IMG/VR virus record: IMGVR_UViG_3300048625_000299
Span: 124,001 to 188,000 of that record
Strand: one strand, 5' to 3'
DNA: 64,000 nucleotides
Shown: positions 1-13,003 of the stretch, one piece after another
Layout: each line of letters opens with the position of its first letter
Position numbering within the stretch: the stretch's first letter is position 1
Made by a program: the position numbers and the translations under genes
The notes under the pieces: model-generated
The model's database searches: none
Told to the model about the DNA's origin: nothing
What the model saw: only the letters and a program-made list of their open reading frames with translations

Positions 1-2171
1 ATCGAATGCTGGGACAACCCACTTTACACAACTGAAGATCGACTTGAGATGGCAAAGGGTAGAATCAAATTCCGTGATGGTGGTGTAAGATTATCACTTC
101 AAGAATGGAAGATTAAAAATGGCAAGAGTTGAGCATAAAACTACCTATCGCGTAGACATCATTGAGAGTGAGCGTGGTTGGGGCCAAAAGGTTGACGAGA
201 GTGTATACTTCGATAATGCTGAAGAGGCGATCGAGTATGCAAACGCGTATAACGAAAAGTTTAACCCACCTTTAAAAGCAGGCGAAGGTGTGCCAGATTG
301 GTACATGGTCGCACGATACGCAGGAGCAGTACGATAATGGAATACAAATGGATTTGCATCATGGCCGCCGTTGTCATGGGATCAGCATCGATCGGACATA
401 TGTTCGAAGAACGAGCAAGATCAGAATGCCGCATCGAAGCAATTAAAGCCGCTGGTGCTGCCAAACTCAACGTTGATGAAATTGCAAAGGTATGTGACAA
501 ATGATGCAAGAAAAGATTGAAATTCCTAGAAAAGAATATGACCAGTTGCTGCGCGACGCTCATTTGTTGAACTGCTTGCGCAATGCTGGCGTTGATAATT
601 GGGATGGCTGGGACTTCGCGATTGAAGAATTCATGTCACAATACGGCGACGAGTAATGTTCTTCGGTGGCCTCAATGGAGACGGGTTCGCTGACGAGTCG
701 GACTATGACTATGGCAGCTACAGTGAAGGACCACAATACAACCGCACTGGTCCGAGCAAGATAATTCGGTGCCATGGATGTGGTTGCTATGACTTTATGT
801 GGAAACACACCAAATTCGGTTGGCGTTTGGCATATAGTGGTGGTATACTAGAAGGCAAGATTCACGCATGCCCGTCTGAAGGAGAATGAAAATGGGATTC
901 GCAAATAGCACTGAGATTACTGTCTATGCAGATGATGCATACCATTACAGCGTCGTCGCAGAAGACATGGGTTGCTGTATTAACTACTACGAGCAAGGCA
1001 AGCCTGCACCATTCACGCATATTACCTTCGGCAATATGAAGGAGATGGAAGCAGTCGCAAAAGCAATGTTGCAAGCTGTCAACACGTACCGCACGATGTT
1101 GAATGGCTGATACTGAACAAACGTGGCGAGGAACGGAGATTGAGCTAGAGTATCTCAAATCCGTTTTCGTTCGCCTACACGAAATCGGCGAGAAGAATTG
1201 GAACGACTCACAACGTCAGCGGGCAAAAGATACTCGCAGGCGTTGTGTTGAGTTGTGTGAGTATCGCTACTACCTATTGAGAAAAAAGACCGATGTTTAG
1301 GACAGTCAAATCATACCTGACGCTCAAGTACGTCAGACATGCATTCAACGATCCGATTGGAGGTTGTGCAGTCAATGTGTACGTCGACTGTTATGGCGAA
1401 CAATGGTTGAAGGATAGTCGCTGGGCATTTTTTAGAGTGAGGACAGGTGGATGAGATCGCATGAATTAGCAAAACTCCTATTGGAGAATCCAGACGTTGA
1501 GCTGGTCCTTCAGGATGACCCTGAAGGTAATGGGTATCGTGCATTGCAAGGAGCAGACTTCGATGTCTTGTGGGATGAGTGTCAAGAGACAGTGCTCAGC
1601 ACAGACTGGTCAGCTGATGATGCTGATATGGACGATGATGAGTGGGAAAAATTGAAAGCTCAACAGTCTGGTAAGATCGCCGTATTGTATCCATAAGGAA
1701 CTGCAATGCCATGGTTCGATAACATGCGCAATGCTGGTGAATATCCTCGTAAAGGGTATGGCTGGCAGAGCGAAGAACAACAACGTGAAGAGATCCAACG
1801 CAAGATCAACAAGGGTTGGGATGAGCCTTGGGTGTTGAAAGAAGCTGCTAAGTTTGGCATCACTCGCCAAGAAGTAGACACGACTCAAGGTTATTGATAT
1901 GACACCATATGACCGTCTAGTCGCGTTGCAGGATAGGGAGATTGCGGCCGCCCAAGCTGCAGGGGAAGAGTTCTTCCTCGATCTTCCTGATGCATGGTAT
2001 GAACCACGACCAACTTATGGTTGCGAAAGCGGTCACATATCGCACAGATACCTCAAGAGCGAAGCTCAAATGAGAAGTCTATGTCTAGACTGTCACAAAC
2101 CGCTTGTGTTGTTGCCTGGACGATATACAGACGAAACACTAACAGCTGCGCTAGCAGTAATAGAGTAAGAT

Positions 2172-2561
2172 ATGACAGAAGAACAAAAGGCACTAGAACT
2201 AGCACGTGATGTGCTCGAGCGTACACGCAACGGTCTCGAATGGTACCAAGATAGCTATCCAGAAACGTGTGATGGTAGCGATGATGAGACATTAGCAGAG
2301 ATTGAAAAAGCAATCCGTGCGATCAATGTAATACTGACATCACGTAAAGACCCAATCACAGGACTAGCAATCAAGGCTGGATTGATTTCAGATCAACAAA
2401 ACGGGTTCGACCGTACACGGCTAGCTCCTACCGAACAGCGATTTGCTGAGCTGATTATTGAGCGTTGCGTAGAGGTTGTGATGGAAGGCGATCGCTATCG
2501 TCGCGACTACTTCGCTGCTAAGATTAAACAACACTTTGGAGTAGAAGATGGCAAGAGTTAG
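2172..2561 (+). CDS. Hypothetical protein; C-terminal half belongs to the MNERI/KFAELIV.EC/IK.HFGV paralog family
   Basis: QRFAELIIERC ... KIKQHFGVE motifs. Confidence 0.75.
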   Translation: MTEEQKALELARDVLERTRNGLEWYQDSYPETCDGSDDETLAEIEKAIRAINVILTSRKDPITGLAIKAGLISDQQNGFDRTRLAPTEQRFAELIIERCVEVVMEGDRYRRDYFAAKIKQHFGVEDGKS

Positions 2562-2993
2562 AGAAGGATGCGACTGTGGTTGCAACGATCCAGTCGCGCG
2601 CACACCAGAAAAGATGTTGCGGTTCCTCAAATATCGCTTCGAGATGGCTGGTGTGGCGGAATCTGTTGCTGACATCTACGCCCATGATATTGGTCTGATC
2701 CTCGATGAGTACTACGACACTCCAAAGGAGTTGATTCTCTACGCCGTCGAATATACAGATTGCATCTATGAGTCTGGATACTCTGTCGTGTCGTTGCACA
2801 GAACAGAAGAAGGTGCAAACAAGGCACTAGAAGAAGGTAAGGCCAAGAAGCTTGCCGAATGGAAAGAATTGGATCACGATGGACCACCTGATTGGGAGCT
2901 GTGGCGAATCCGCAATGTCGAAGTCCTGAAATAAGTTGTTGTAAACGTGGTTTGGATGTACAATCTATTCATAGCAATAGATCGGAGTATGTC

Positions 2994-3224
2994 GTGAACA
3001 AGCAAGTTAAAGAACTAGCAATTGAAGCTGGTGCCACGGAACGCAGTATGTGTTACGGTCATGGCGACTATCGCACTGAGCTCGTGATGACCGGCGAAGC
3101 AATCGAATTATTTGCCAAGTTGGTTGCTGGCGAATGTGCTTCGCTATTTCCACATCAGTTCACCGATGAGCAGTACCAACGCAGAATCGATAAGACTATT
3201 ATGAACCACTTCGAGGCCGAATAA
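2994..3224 (+). CDS. MNERI-family paralog (GTG start)
   Basis: GGAG SD then GTG; NKQVKELAIEAG ... ELFAKLVAGEC ... IMNHFEAE. Confidence 0.7.
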   Translation: MNKQVKELAIEAGATERSMCYGHGDYRTELVMTGEAIELFAKLVAGECASLFPHQFTDEQYQRRIDKTIMNHFEAE

Positions 3225-3235
3225 AGGAAACACCA

Positions 3236-3652
3236 ATGACACTAATGGAACAAATTAAAGTACAACAGATCGCTGCTCGTAAGGCTGGTGCACTACAGTC
3301 GCGCGAGGCGAGCTTGCTGACGACGTTGCTCGGTGAGGCTGCAATTGTTGGCAAGAATGCTGGCCGTGAAACTTCCGACCAAGAGGTTGTTGCTGTCATC
3401 AAGAAGTTCATCAAGAACATCGATGAGACTGAAAAGGCATTGCATGCACGCAATCTCGAAACAAGTACTTGCATGTATGAACGTGGTATCTTGGAGAAAT
3501 TCCTACCAGCACAACTGTCTGGCGAGGATCTCGGTAAGATTGCGCTGGAATTCACATCGATGCCAGAGTACATGAAGCACTTGAAAGAGAACTATACTGG
3601 TCAATATGACGGCAAAGTCGCTTCTACAATCGCTAAGACGGTGTTCCAGTAA
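3236..3652 (+). CDS. GatB/YqeY domain protein
   Basis: AARKAG...LLTTLLGE...KNAGRETSDQEVVAVIKKFIKNIDET...ILEKFLPAQLS pattern typical of YqeY. Confidence 0.8.
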   Translation: MTLMEQIKVQQIAARKAGALQSREASLLTTLLGEAAIVGKNAGRETSDQEVVAVIKKFIKNIDETEKALHARNLETSTCMYERGILEKFLPAQLSGEDLGKIALEFTSMPEYMKHLKENYTGQYDGKVASTIAKTVFQ

Positions 3653-6294
3653 TGTTACTCCGCGACGAAAGCGATTTCATTCGCGCTGCGAATATGTCAT
3701 ATGATCTAGCTGCGATCGTAACGACATATTTGAAGTTGTTCCGCAAACATACCAACGGGTGGGGTGATGTGTGGATGCCGGACGATTCGTTCGCGGTTGT
3801 CCACATCCCATCAAAGATCGAAGGTATGGTTTGCGTTGACGTGTTGTGGAAGCACAACTACTCTGTGACCACACCAACATACTATGATGTCGATGACGAC
3901 AATTTCAGCGAGAGCTGGGGGTCGTCAAACGTCAGCGGTGAGGAAACGAGTTTTCACGAATCGAATCAGTGCAAGCGAATTCATATTCCGATACGCCAAT
4001 TAATGATGGCGGAGCAGACGATGATCGACTTCTTCGTCAATAAAGAAAAAGAACTCAAGCGTGCCAAGGCAATGGCTGAAACTGCAGAAGAGATTGCACA
4101 GCTAGAGAAACGTCTGACGGAGCTTAAAAATGGAAGTTAAAGAACTAAAGCTGACACCTAGCTGCAAGCTCACTTATACTAACTACGAAAACATCTTCGT
4201 AAAGGACGTATGCTTGGAGTATGTTGAGCACTCATCTGATCATTGGCACAGCGATAGCGAGACGAGCATCGATATTGATCGAAAGATGGCGATCGATATC
4301 ATTAAGTTTTTGATGATGGCACACGAAATTAGAGGAACGATATCATGGAAAAGTCAGAGTTGTTCGCAGGAATGACGATTGGAGGACTAATTGTCCTTAT
4401 CATTACAGCATTGCCATTTTCAGACGCAGCAAGATATCGTAAAGCAATCGATGAATGTGAGCGCACACTACCCCGTAACGTCCAATGTAAAGTGGTAGGA
4501 GTACCAAATGTCTGAACAATACTTCAAAGCAAATCGTGCATTGATGCAGCGATTCAAGATCAATGACAATGTCGTGGTGATGTGGCCAGCTGGAACTGAT
4601 GAATTCGAAAGAGAGTTCGCAAAGCCCCCACAACTCGGTACTGTGGTTGGATACCAGCAGTATGGTGAGGGTAAGTTTGCACTGAAGATTTACATCATCG
4701 ATAAAGATACGCACTACGTCATCGATCCAAATAATCGAATGTCTCCTGTGGAGCATGTATGACGTGCAAGAGATGTGGGAAAGACCACTCTAACGATCCT
4801 CCATACAATGAGGAGGAAGCGTTATCGCGTGCAGGCGATGAGATAGCACGTGAAATTGATAAGGAAGTGTTACTCCAAGCTGGTGCCATGATGTCAGATA
4901 AGGGGTATAGTGAAGGATCATATGATCATCCAGGTTATAAAGAAACTCAAGCTCGCTGGCATGCGCTTTTTGCTCAGCTGGCCAAGGAAAGTAGAAATGG
5001 CAAATGAAAATCTAGTTGGATTGAGGAAATTGTTTCTCGATGCGCCCGCAGAACAACTCGACCCTGCGTTGGTTGAACTGGTCAAGAAGTGGGACGACGC
5101 TCCTACTGCATTGCAGATCTTGGAAGTGCTTGATAAGGCAATCTTCTGGGGTGCTGCTAGTGGGTTTGCTGTAACAGCACTGCAAGTGATGCTCGGAGCT
5201 GCAATGACAGACGAAGGAGTCACACTTGAGCAGTTAACGGAGAAAGCAGTATGGCGAAACGTGCCCTAACACTCGACTTTGATATTGCCGATCAGACTAC
5301 CGTCCTTAGCCTCAAGGATGCTCGCAAGCTATTGAAAGAGCAACTGAAGGAACATAAGAATGGAAAGTACTTACATCCAGAAGATGTTGGTGAAAACTAC
5401 ATTATCTTGGATGCTATCACTAAAGTACTGAACTACTATGGACATAAGTGATGCAAATATTCGAACAACAGGTTGAACGTAAGCGCAAATTAATCGCTAA
5501 GCACAACAAAGAGTTGCGAGAGTTGCTTGCAACTTGTCCCCACGAACGTGTAGAAGAGAAGTCTCGTTACTTTAGCGGCAGCTATTACGATCAAGCACAC
5601 ACGACCTATTGGAATGAGTGCATGGTATGTGGAGCGAAGTCGGAAGACACAGTCAAAGAACATAGTTGGTATGGATAATGAGAAAATCAAAACTGATTGA
5701 GTTGCTCAATGCAATTGAGGGCAATCCAGACATTAAGTTGTGGAACGGATATGTCGGCGATTATATGGACATCGAATCTGAACTGGTTCCCACACGTCTT
5801 GTTAAGATGACAGAAGCCCATATGTTGGAGATGGTCCGTCTTGAGCAAGCGTTGCACGGTGGCGCTGACCCAAAGACGTTCAAAATGTCGAGTGACGAAG
5901 AAGAACATACGCGCGCTTGCTATAAGAAGTACCATGAGTGGGAACATAATCAGTTTGTTACTGATGGAGATATCAAAGCAAAGCGGTATATGAAGAAAGA
6001 CATTTGGATTTTGTCTGCTAAGCTGCGTGGCAAGACATTCGGCGATCGTGTTGGTACAATGGGCTACTAGGAGTATTAAATGGATTGGTTATCTTGGGCG
6101 TTGTTGTTTATCGGTACGTGCAGCTGGGCAGGGCTCGTTGATTGGCGTGGTGATCAGGATTGTGTACGTTGGCCGCCATCATACTGCGCATTTGTGTTGC
6201 TCGTTGCTGCAGCTTGTTTGGGGCTCGTAATGGCAGAGATCGTCGTTCGGCTGGTTTCGCTTGGTGGCCTTGGTGTTAGAGATTTGGACTGATT

Positions 6295-6531
6295 ATGAGT
6301 GAACATGGACATTGCCCGAATTGTGGTGTAGACTTCGATGGTGGGTCTATTTGGGAACACTTCTTCAAAGAGACAGGAAGTGAGAGTGAGGCTGACCGCA
6401 TTGCTGAGCAGTATGGAGCTACGCGAGAGAAAGGCCAATGGGGCAGACAGATCGGCATCTATGATATGGAAACCGATCGCATACGTCAATGGCAATGTCC
6501 AGACTGCAATCACATCTGGGGTAGAAAATGA
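6295..6531 (+). CDS. Small zinc-ribbon protein
   Basis: CPNC near N-terminus and CPDC near C-terminus. Confidence 0.6.
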   Translation: MSEHGHCPNCGVDFDGGSIWEHFFKETGSESEADRIAEQYGATREKGQWGRQIGIYDMETDRIRQWQCPDCNHIWGRK

Positions 6532-6764
6532 ACGAACGAATTACAGAACTCATCGAACAACACAGTATCAACATCACTATTGATGGGCTTGGCTATGGCG
6601 AAGGCAACGTCGAAGGTCTCGCTGAGGCGATTGTGTTAGAATGCATCAAAGTATTCAGCAAAGATATGCCAGACCCAATAAGCCCAAACTACACAATCGG
6701 CAGTCTCGTGGAGATTGTCAATCGTACGTGCAATGTTGCAGATCATTTCGGAGTTGAGCAATGA
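6528..6764 (+). CDS. MNERI-family paralog
   Basis: MNERITEL ... LAEAIVLEC ... DHFGVEQ. Confidence 0.75.
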   Translation: MNERITELIEQHSINITIDGLGYGEGNVEGLAEAIVLECIKVFSKDMPDPISPNYTIGSLVEIVNRTCNVADHFGVEQ

Positions 6765-7282
6765 ACGTCAAACAGTCAGTTGAGTACAGCTTAGTTGCTG
6801 CTCATTATGGCAAACGTCATGCTCAGCGGAGCCAAGTGCCGTTGATTAATCATATCGATGAAGGACTGACTGTACTTGATCACATCGGCGCGACGAATGA
6901 AGCTAAGTTGGCGTTCTGCATCCACCCATTGGTGCAGAATGATACTGATCTAATGTTCTTCCATGATATTGTTGTCAATATGTGTTATCCACGCGTCATT
7001 ATGTTGGCAATGGAGTACCGTAGTGTAGCAAATGAGTATCTCAGCGAAGATGTTTGGGATGGTGGCGATATTCGTCTGAGCCCATTGAAAGATGTCAATG
7101 ATATGTTGATCGCTGACAAGGTACAGAACCGTAAAGATTACATCACATACCACCAAGGGACACACTCGAAGTCTAACATTTTGGACATATACTTCGGCGA
7201 ATGGTTGGATGTGCTGGGCGTAACAGAAGAAGCATATCAAGCATACTGTAGGATTATCGATGACGGAAAAGGAACTGATTGA
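6761..7282 (+). CDS. Divergent HD-domain (RelA/SpoT hydrolase-like) protein
   Basis: HYGKRHAQRSQVPLINH...AFCIHPLVQND...IADKVQN parallels H.GQ.R..G.PYI.H...AALLHD.VED...LADRLHN, but HD reads HP. Confidence 0.5.
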   Translation: MNVKQSVEYSLVAAHYGKRHAQRSQVPLINHIDEGLTVLDHIGATNEAKLAFCIHPLVQNDTDLMFFHDIVVNMCYPRVIMLAMEYRSVANEYLSEDVWDGGDIRLSPLKDVNDMLIADKVQNRKDYITYHQGTHSKSNILDIYFGEWLDVLGVTEEAYQAYCRIIDDGKGTD

Positions 7283-8099
7283 GTATTGGCAGCAGAAGAA
7301 GGCTGAGCTCCCAGTCGAGCGTCCTGTCGAGCGTCCTGCTGTGTGGACAAAAGAAGAAGCGATGTGTAAGATCCTCACATACCTGGCATACTACCACAAC
7401 CGCAGTGAGGACTTCAATACACTAATGAAGTGCAGTATGATCATCACAAAAGGTCACACAATCCCTGCATGGGTGAAAGAAGCCGTCGAGGCTTGGAAAG
7501 AAGCAACATGAAAATTTATCTAACTGGTGACCAATTCGTTAATCTGTTTTGGGAACTATATGGGCGGAAGATGGATAGCATCCACACCAAGACTGCTAGT
7601 CAGTGTGATCATGTCCTGTGGAGCTTGTTTGAAGTGTATGAGAAAGACGTGAAGGAAACGCTCGAAGGGGCGATGTGGGGGATCGAGGATTTCAATAGCG
7701 AAAGACCTAGTGAACTGATTGGATACCAATTCCACAAGAGCTTCCGCCAAGTTGATGTGATTCCAACCAAGCACATTGACCAAATTATCTGGATGTGTTT
7801 GCAAGATGCGCCAGTGTTCTGGAAGTGTATGGACAAGGCTTGCATGATTCTCGCAAATGAGAAAGCAGCTGAACTTTATGATGATGAGGTGTGGTAATGA
7901 AAATGATCAGATATCAAACACTAAACAAACGATTCGGCCATGAAGCTGGAACGATCGTATATCAGGCTCGTGGACACGATTATGGCCTCGCGCGCGACGA
8001 TACACACTTCACCGGTATAGATCACGTCTCTGTATCTCTGAAGGAAGATGGTGATTATCCATTCTTCACTATTCCTGTTGACCACTTGGTACAAATAGA

Positions 8100-8318
8100 A
8101 TGAGTAAACACTTCGATGATTTGATGTACAATGCCGGACTGACGGCATCTGGCTGCTGGGATCAATTTGATGAGTATGATAAGGAAGCAATCATGCGATA
8201 CAGCAAATTGATAGTACAAGAATGCATCCGTGTTGGCAGAAATGCATTTATCCATGATAATAGCATCCTGCCAGTGTTCCCTGTGGAACAGATTAAACAA
8301 CACTTCGGAGTAGAGTAG
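8100..8318 (+). CDS. MNERI-family paralog
   Basis: RYSKLIVQEC ... IKQHFGVE. Confidence 0.75.
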   Translation: MSKHFDDLMYNAGLTASGCWDQFDEYDKEAIMRYSKLIVQECIRVGRNAFIHDNSILPVFPVEQIKQHFGVE

Positions 8319-10029
8319 TGTATACCGTTATTCCTTTTCTATTTGGTGTCATAGGATGCCTTCTCGCCATCTTGGTCGTCTTCCTGATGGACGACCTAAT
8401 CCTCAAGGGACACCTTGCACGTAAGCTACGTCAACGATTAGGGATTGAGTGATGTGGCCATTCAATAAGCCTGAAGTTAGAGTGTCGCGCAGAAAGTCGA
8501 TCGACATTACAAAGTTCGATACGCTGGAGCAGCTGACATATTTCCTCAGCAAGGTCAACCTTTTCAGGAATGCTGCTGTCGATGAAGAGTTTTGGGACGA
8601 TCCAATGATCAAATGTGCACTAGGTGACAAGATTATCGAAACAACCTATAAGAATGGGTTGTGGGACTCAGAGAAAGAATACAATGCATCCAAAGATTAA
8701 ACAAATCGTCGAGAGCCTTGGTGGCGCTGGACGTAATGAAGACGGCGAACAGCTGATTCCTGCGCTTATAGGCAAACAGATTCAACAGTTTGCTGATATC
8801 ATTATGAGTGATGCAATCGATGCTGTGTTGTGGACCGATGAGTGCAACACCAGCGATCTTGCTTTTGAACAATTCCGCGAGAAGAAGCACGCAGCGATCG
8901 CCAGGTTTATACAGTTCCGCATGTGGCCCAAACACAAGCCAGGCACACCATTACATCAAATTATCAGAGATGGTGTCTATCGCGATTTCACCGACGAACA
9001 GATCATGGAAGAAACAAACTATCTCGCCACTCGTGAGATGATTGCCGAAGCACGCTTCGAATGTGACCAAGCAATGGAGCGAGCCAACTTAATGGATGGA
9101 ACACTATGATACCACTACCACCGGTCGAAGGCGACTTGCTGCCGCCAGTCGGATCCAAGGTATTGATCCATCTCAACAGCCTAAGCAAATGGGTTGAACA
9201 TGAGGTCGTTGGATACTATGTTTGGGGCAACCTCGGTGATGAGGAGAACCTCCATCGTGTGTTCGTTCGCGTCGTCGATGCTGATGGTATCCTGAACGCT
9301 CGCTTGTTGTCTGACGTGATACCAGTAACTCGAACATGGGTAGACTTAACAGATCGTGAGCTTCGCGCAATCATCCATGACCAAGCCCCAGAAGGTGGTT
9401 GGAGAGAGAAAGATCTGTGCTTGCATGTCGCAGGTGCACTACGTAGAAAGAATGCATAATGAATTTGATTATCGATGATGAGATGAAAGAGTTCGGTCGC
9501 CAGATGGCGATGATCTTGCGCGACAGCGATGATCGTGAGCTGAAAGCTGTTGGCGATTGGATGCTTGCTGCAGTGGTCGATCTGACCAACCTGACGGCAG
9601 GCCCTGTCGGTGATGGAATGTATTTCATTCAAGACACTCGTTCATATGTCGGCAACTGTGTTGTGTGGTGGGGTAAGGATAGCAAAGGATATACGACAAA
9701 CATCTCTGAGGCTGGCCGCTACACGCATGACCAAGCATTCCGTCAAATGGAATCGCGTGATACTGACATTCCATGGAAGTGTATTGATATTGAGCCGCTT
9801 GCTCGACAAACAATCGATGCGCAGTATCTTCCGCGTCAGTATGAGCAACAACGTCAAGTAGTAAAGAACAAGCTGTAATGTACGTCATAAAACGATATAG
9901 CAAAGACCCTGACGCGCCCACCGAGGTATGGCAGAAGTTCTCTTACAAACACAATGCTGATGAGTATGCAGCAGAGTTGAATGCACACCACGATGATTGG
10001 TTCTTTGTTGAATGGGAAGATGATCCAGT

Positions 10030-10302
10030 ATGAATAAGCGAATCGAAGAACTATCTGAGCAAGCCGATCTATATGCTCGGTCAGACAATTCCAGTATGTT
10101 GTTTGAGAACTATCAGAAACGATATACGGAAAAGTTTGCTGAGCTGATCGTTCGTGAGTGTGTCGCTCTTGCTATCGATGAGGAAGAACGATTTGCATCG
10201 TTTGATCCGACAGAATACAACAATCTGAATACGATTCATCTAGCAAATGCTATGGACAACTACCAAGCATTGATTATCAAACACTTCGGTATCGACAAAT
10301 GA
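10030..10302 (+). CDS. MNERI-family paralog
   Basis: MNKRIEEL ... EKFAELIVREC ... IIKHFGI. Confidence 0.8.
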   Translation: MNKRIEELSEQADLYARSDNSSMLFENYQKRYTEKFAELIVRECVALAIDEEERFASFDPTEYNNLNTIHLANAMDNYQALIIKHFGIDK

Positions 10303-10789
10303 CATCCCCAATTGTGAGAGGGTTTCCCCAGAAGTATGAAGATCACTTGTGGTATCCAATCCTTGTGAAGATCCAGAATGCTGGATATCATAGAATTGTT
10401 GAGATGCAAGGGAAAGATGTCAATGCACACAATGATATGGTCAGACGACAGAACCAACACACATGCCCAAGTGTAACCACACATGGTGAGTATGATTAAG
10501 GTCAAGTACGACGACATGGTGTTCCATTACATCACGATGCACTATGATGTTCATTGGTCTGGAACATGCATCTACGACGGGAAGATTGCCGAATTCGTTA
10601 CGCACGATGATACAGACTACCAATATATGAACGATACTTGTCCTTCGTGCTACTATGGTGCGCTGGACAAGTATTGCCACTGTGAATCGTATGTTGAATT
10701 GTGGTGTGAGATCATTCCACAGCCGGTGTGGAAGCGAGCAATCTTACACATTCGGAAATTGTATTACAAACACAGATACCATACAAGAT

Positions 10790-11056
10790 ATGCATACTAA
10801 TCCGTGGATCTCGGTAGAGAAGGAATTGCCACCTGAAGAGGAATTAGTGTTAGTTTATACTCCACCAAGAGGAACTAACTATGATGAATGCGTCGACTTC
10901 GATTGGATTTTCGAAGGGATATGGTATAATCACAATGACTTCTACGAACACTACGTCATTGTTGGTGGTCCGAAGTTAGGACCTGGACCTTCTGAGGAAG
11001 CTCCATATACACATTGGATGAGGATTCCAGAACTACCAACGCCGAAAGAAGCATGA
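10790..11056 (+). CDS. DUF551-like protein
   Basis: NPWISVEKELP...VLVY ... YTHWMRIPELP signature. Confidence 0.75.
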   Translation: MHTNPWISVEKELPPEEELVLVYTPPRGTNYDECVDFDWIFEGIWYNHNDFYEHYVIVGGPKLGPGPSEEAPYTHWMRIPELPTPKEA

Positions 11057-11255
11057 CACACAAACACGTCGTTCAAGTCCACACCTTAGATACTAACGGT
11101 GAGTCTACCATGAGATGGGTTGTTCCTGTAGTATTTGATAAAAAGACAAAAGCAGAAAAGTATGTTAAGCAATTTAACGCCACTGCTGAATTTGTTGGCA
11201 TTGCTAAGAAGGCTGTCTACCGTGGTCGGGTCAACGATGCAACAGGAGAATTGAT

Positions 11256-11471
11256 ATGAACGAACGACTAAAAGATCTCGAAATCCAATGCTGGGAGCCT
11301 CGTCAATATGGCCCTCCATGGTTTAACGCAGAGAAGTTTGCACAGTTAATCATTCAGGAATGTATCGAGATCGTTGAGCCATGTAAGTGTGGCTGCAGGT
11401 GCGAACAAGAAGTCACCATCACAGACTCAATCATCGCTGATATCAAAGAACACTTTGGAGTGACGGAATGA
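11256..11471 (+). CDS. MNERI-family paralog
   Basis: MNERLKDL ... EKFAQLIIQEC ... IKEHFGV. Confidence 0.8.
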   Translation: MNERLKDLEIQCWEPRQYGPPWFNAEKFAQLIIQECIEIVEPCKCGCRCEQEVTITDSIIADIKEHFGVTE

Positions 11472-11679
11472 CACCAAATCCTAAATTGCGAGAGATGATT
11501 AAACGATTAGAAGACCTTGCGGACTATATGTTTGCGTGGACGATCATTGCAATACTGTATTTGACCATAGCATATGATTATGTGCAAGTTCATGTGCGGG
11601 AAGCTTACTATAAGATGTTCAGCATTCCATACTATAAAGGCCAAGGGAAGTTTGGTCCGTATATTACGAGGTTAAAAGA

Positions 11680-11892
11680 ATGAATGAGCGAATTGAACAA
11701 CTCGAAACCCAATGCTGGATTAGTCGTGATGGTTATCAGACATTCGATCGTCAAAAGTTCGCAGAACTAATCATCAACGAGTGTACCACAATGATTGAAA
11801 GTGATCAGTGGGCCCAAGACAACCAATCATGGTCTAGGGGCATGCGGTTTGCTGCTGGACTGATCAAAGAACGCTTCGGAGTTGAAGAATGA
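11680..11892 (+). CDS. MNERI-family paralog
   Basis: MNERIEQL ... QKFAELIINEC ... IKERFGVEE. Confidence 0.8.
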   Translation: MNERIEQLETQCWISRDGYQTFDRQKFAELIINECTTMIESDQWAQDNQSWSRGMRFAAGLIKERFGVEE

Positions 11893-12377
11893 AACTAGAC
11901 AAATTTATTGAGAACCTGACCAAATTGCAAGCTGCTGGACATGGCGACTTGGAAGTGTTCTATGTCCATGGTGCGTCAGGCGATTCTGGGTATCTCGGAC
12001 ATCCGTCAGTCAATGTGATTGATGGATCGGAGCTATGCGGTGCGCTGGTCGATTGGACAGTTGGCGAGAAGTATATCTCCGTCTATGCTGGAAACTAAGG
12101 TATGGATATTGAATCATTGAACAATCTATGGAATGAACTGGTCGCACACTATGGTGACGACTTGCCAGATCCAGAACAACAACCAAAGGAATTTAAGTAT
12201 TATGTCAAACTCTACACATACGTTAAGAACGCTGATCTTGGAGCGGATGCAGCACATGAACAAGCAGATCAATCTAGCTGATTATGCGGACCACGGTGAT
12301 CGCGATTTGCTCGACGATTTCGAGGAAATGTTGATCGAATTCCATAATTTGGAAGATGATGGACAGCGAGGATTCTA

Positions 12378-12593
12378 ATGAGCAAGCTAATTCGAAAACT
12401 TGCTAATGAAGCAAGAATAGAAGTAGGACAGCGAATTGGGTACAACGACCGTGACCGCGAAGAAGCGTTTGAAGTAGAGTTCGCCAAGCTGATTGTTCGG
12501 GAATGTGCTGGTATTTGTTTTAGTAACTGGCGTGATAATGGCGATTCTTATGGTCTTCTAATCAAAGAACATTTCGGGATTAGCGATGAATGA
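12378..12593 (+). CDS. MNERI-family paralog
   Basis: VEFAKLIVREC ... IKEHFGI. Confidence 0.8.
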   Translation: MSKLIRKLANEARIEVGQRIGYNDRDREEAFEVEFAKLIVRECAGICFSNWRDNGDSYGLLIKEHFGISDE

Positions 12594-12825
12594 TCAATTA
12601 GTCAGGCAACTTGCTGAACAGGCTGGGTTTAAGATTTTAACTGACGGCAGAATCGTCCCTACACTCGACCATAATGGCGAATGCGGTAGAGATTTGGAAA
12701 AGTTCGCGGAATTGATCATCAAGCAATGTGCTGAACTAACTCTTGACTACAAAAGCGAAACCTACTACAATGGCTGGTTAGATTATCGTGACGAGATTAA
12801 GAAACATTTCGGAGTTAAACAATGA
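12586..12825 (+). CDS. MNERI-family paralog
   Basis: MNDQLVRQLAEQAG ... EKFAELIIKQC ... IKKHFGV. Confidence 0.8.
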   Translation: MNDQLVRQLAEQAGFKILTDGRIVPTLDHNGECGRDLEKFAELIIKQCAELTLDYKSETYYNGWLDYRDEIKKHFGVKQ

Positions 12826-13003
12826 CACCTGAAATGATGGAGCGAATTCGTAAGGATTTCGAGAGGGAACCAGATAAGGAGACTCTTCACTGGGAAGCGT
12901 ATATTGCAGGATATATGGCTGGTGTAAGGAGATTCGCTGAAAGACCTGATAGGAAAGAGATCCACGCTAAGATGGGTTATTCCAGAGTAGGATTGGGGAA
13001 TGT

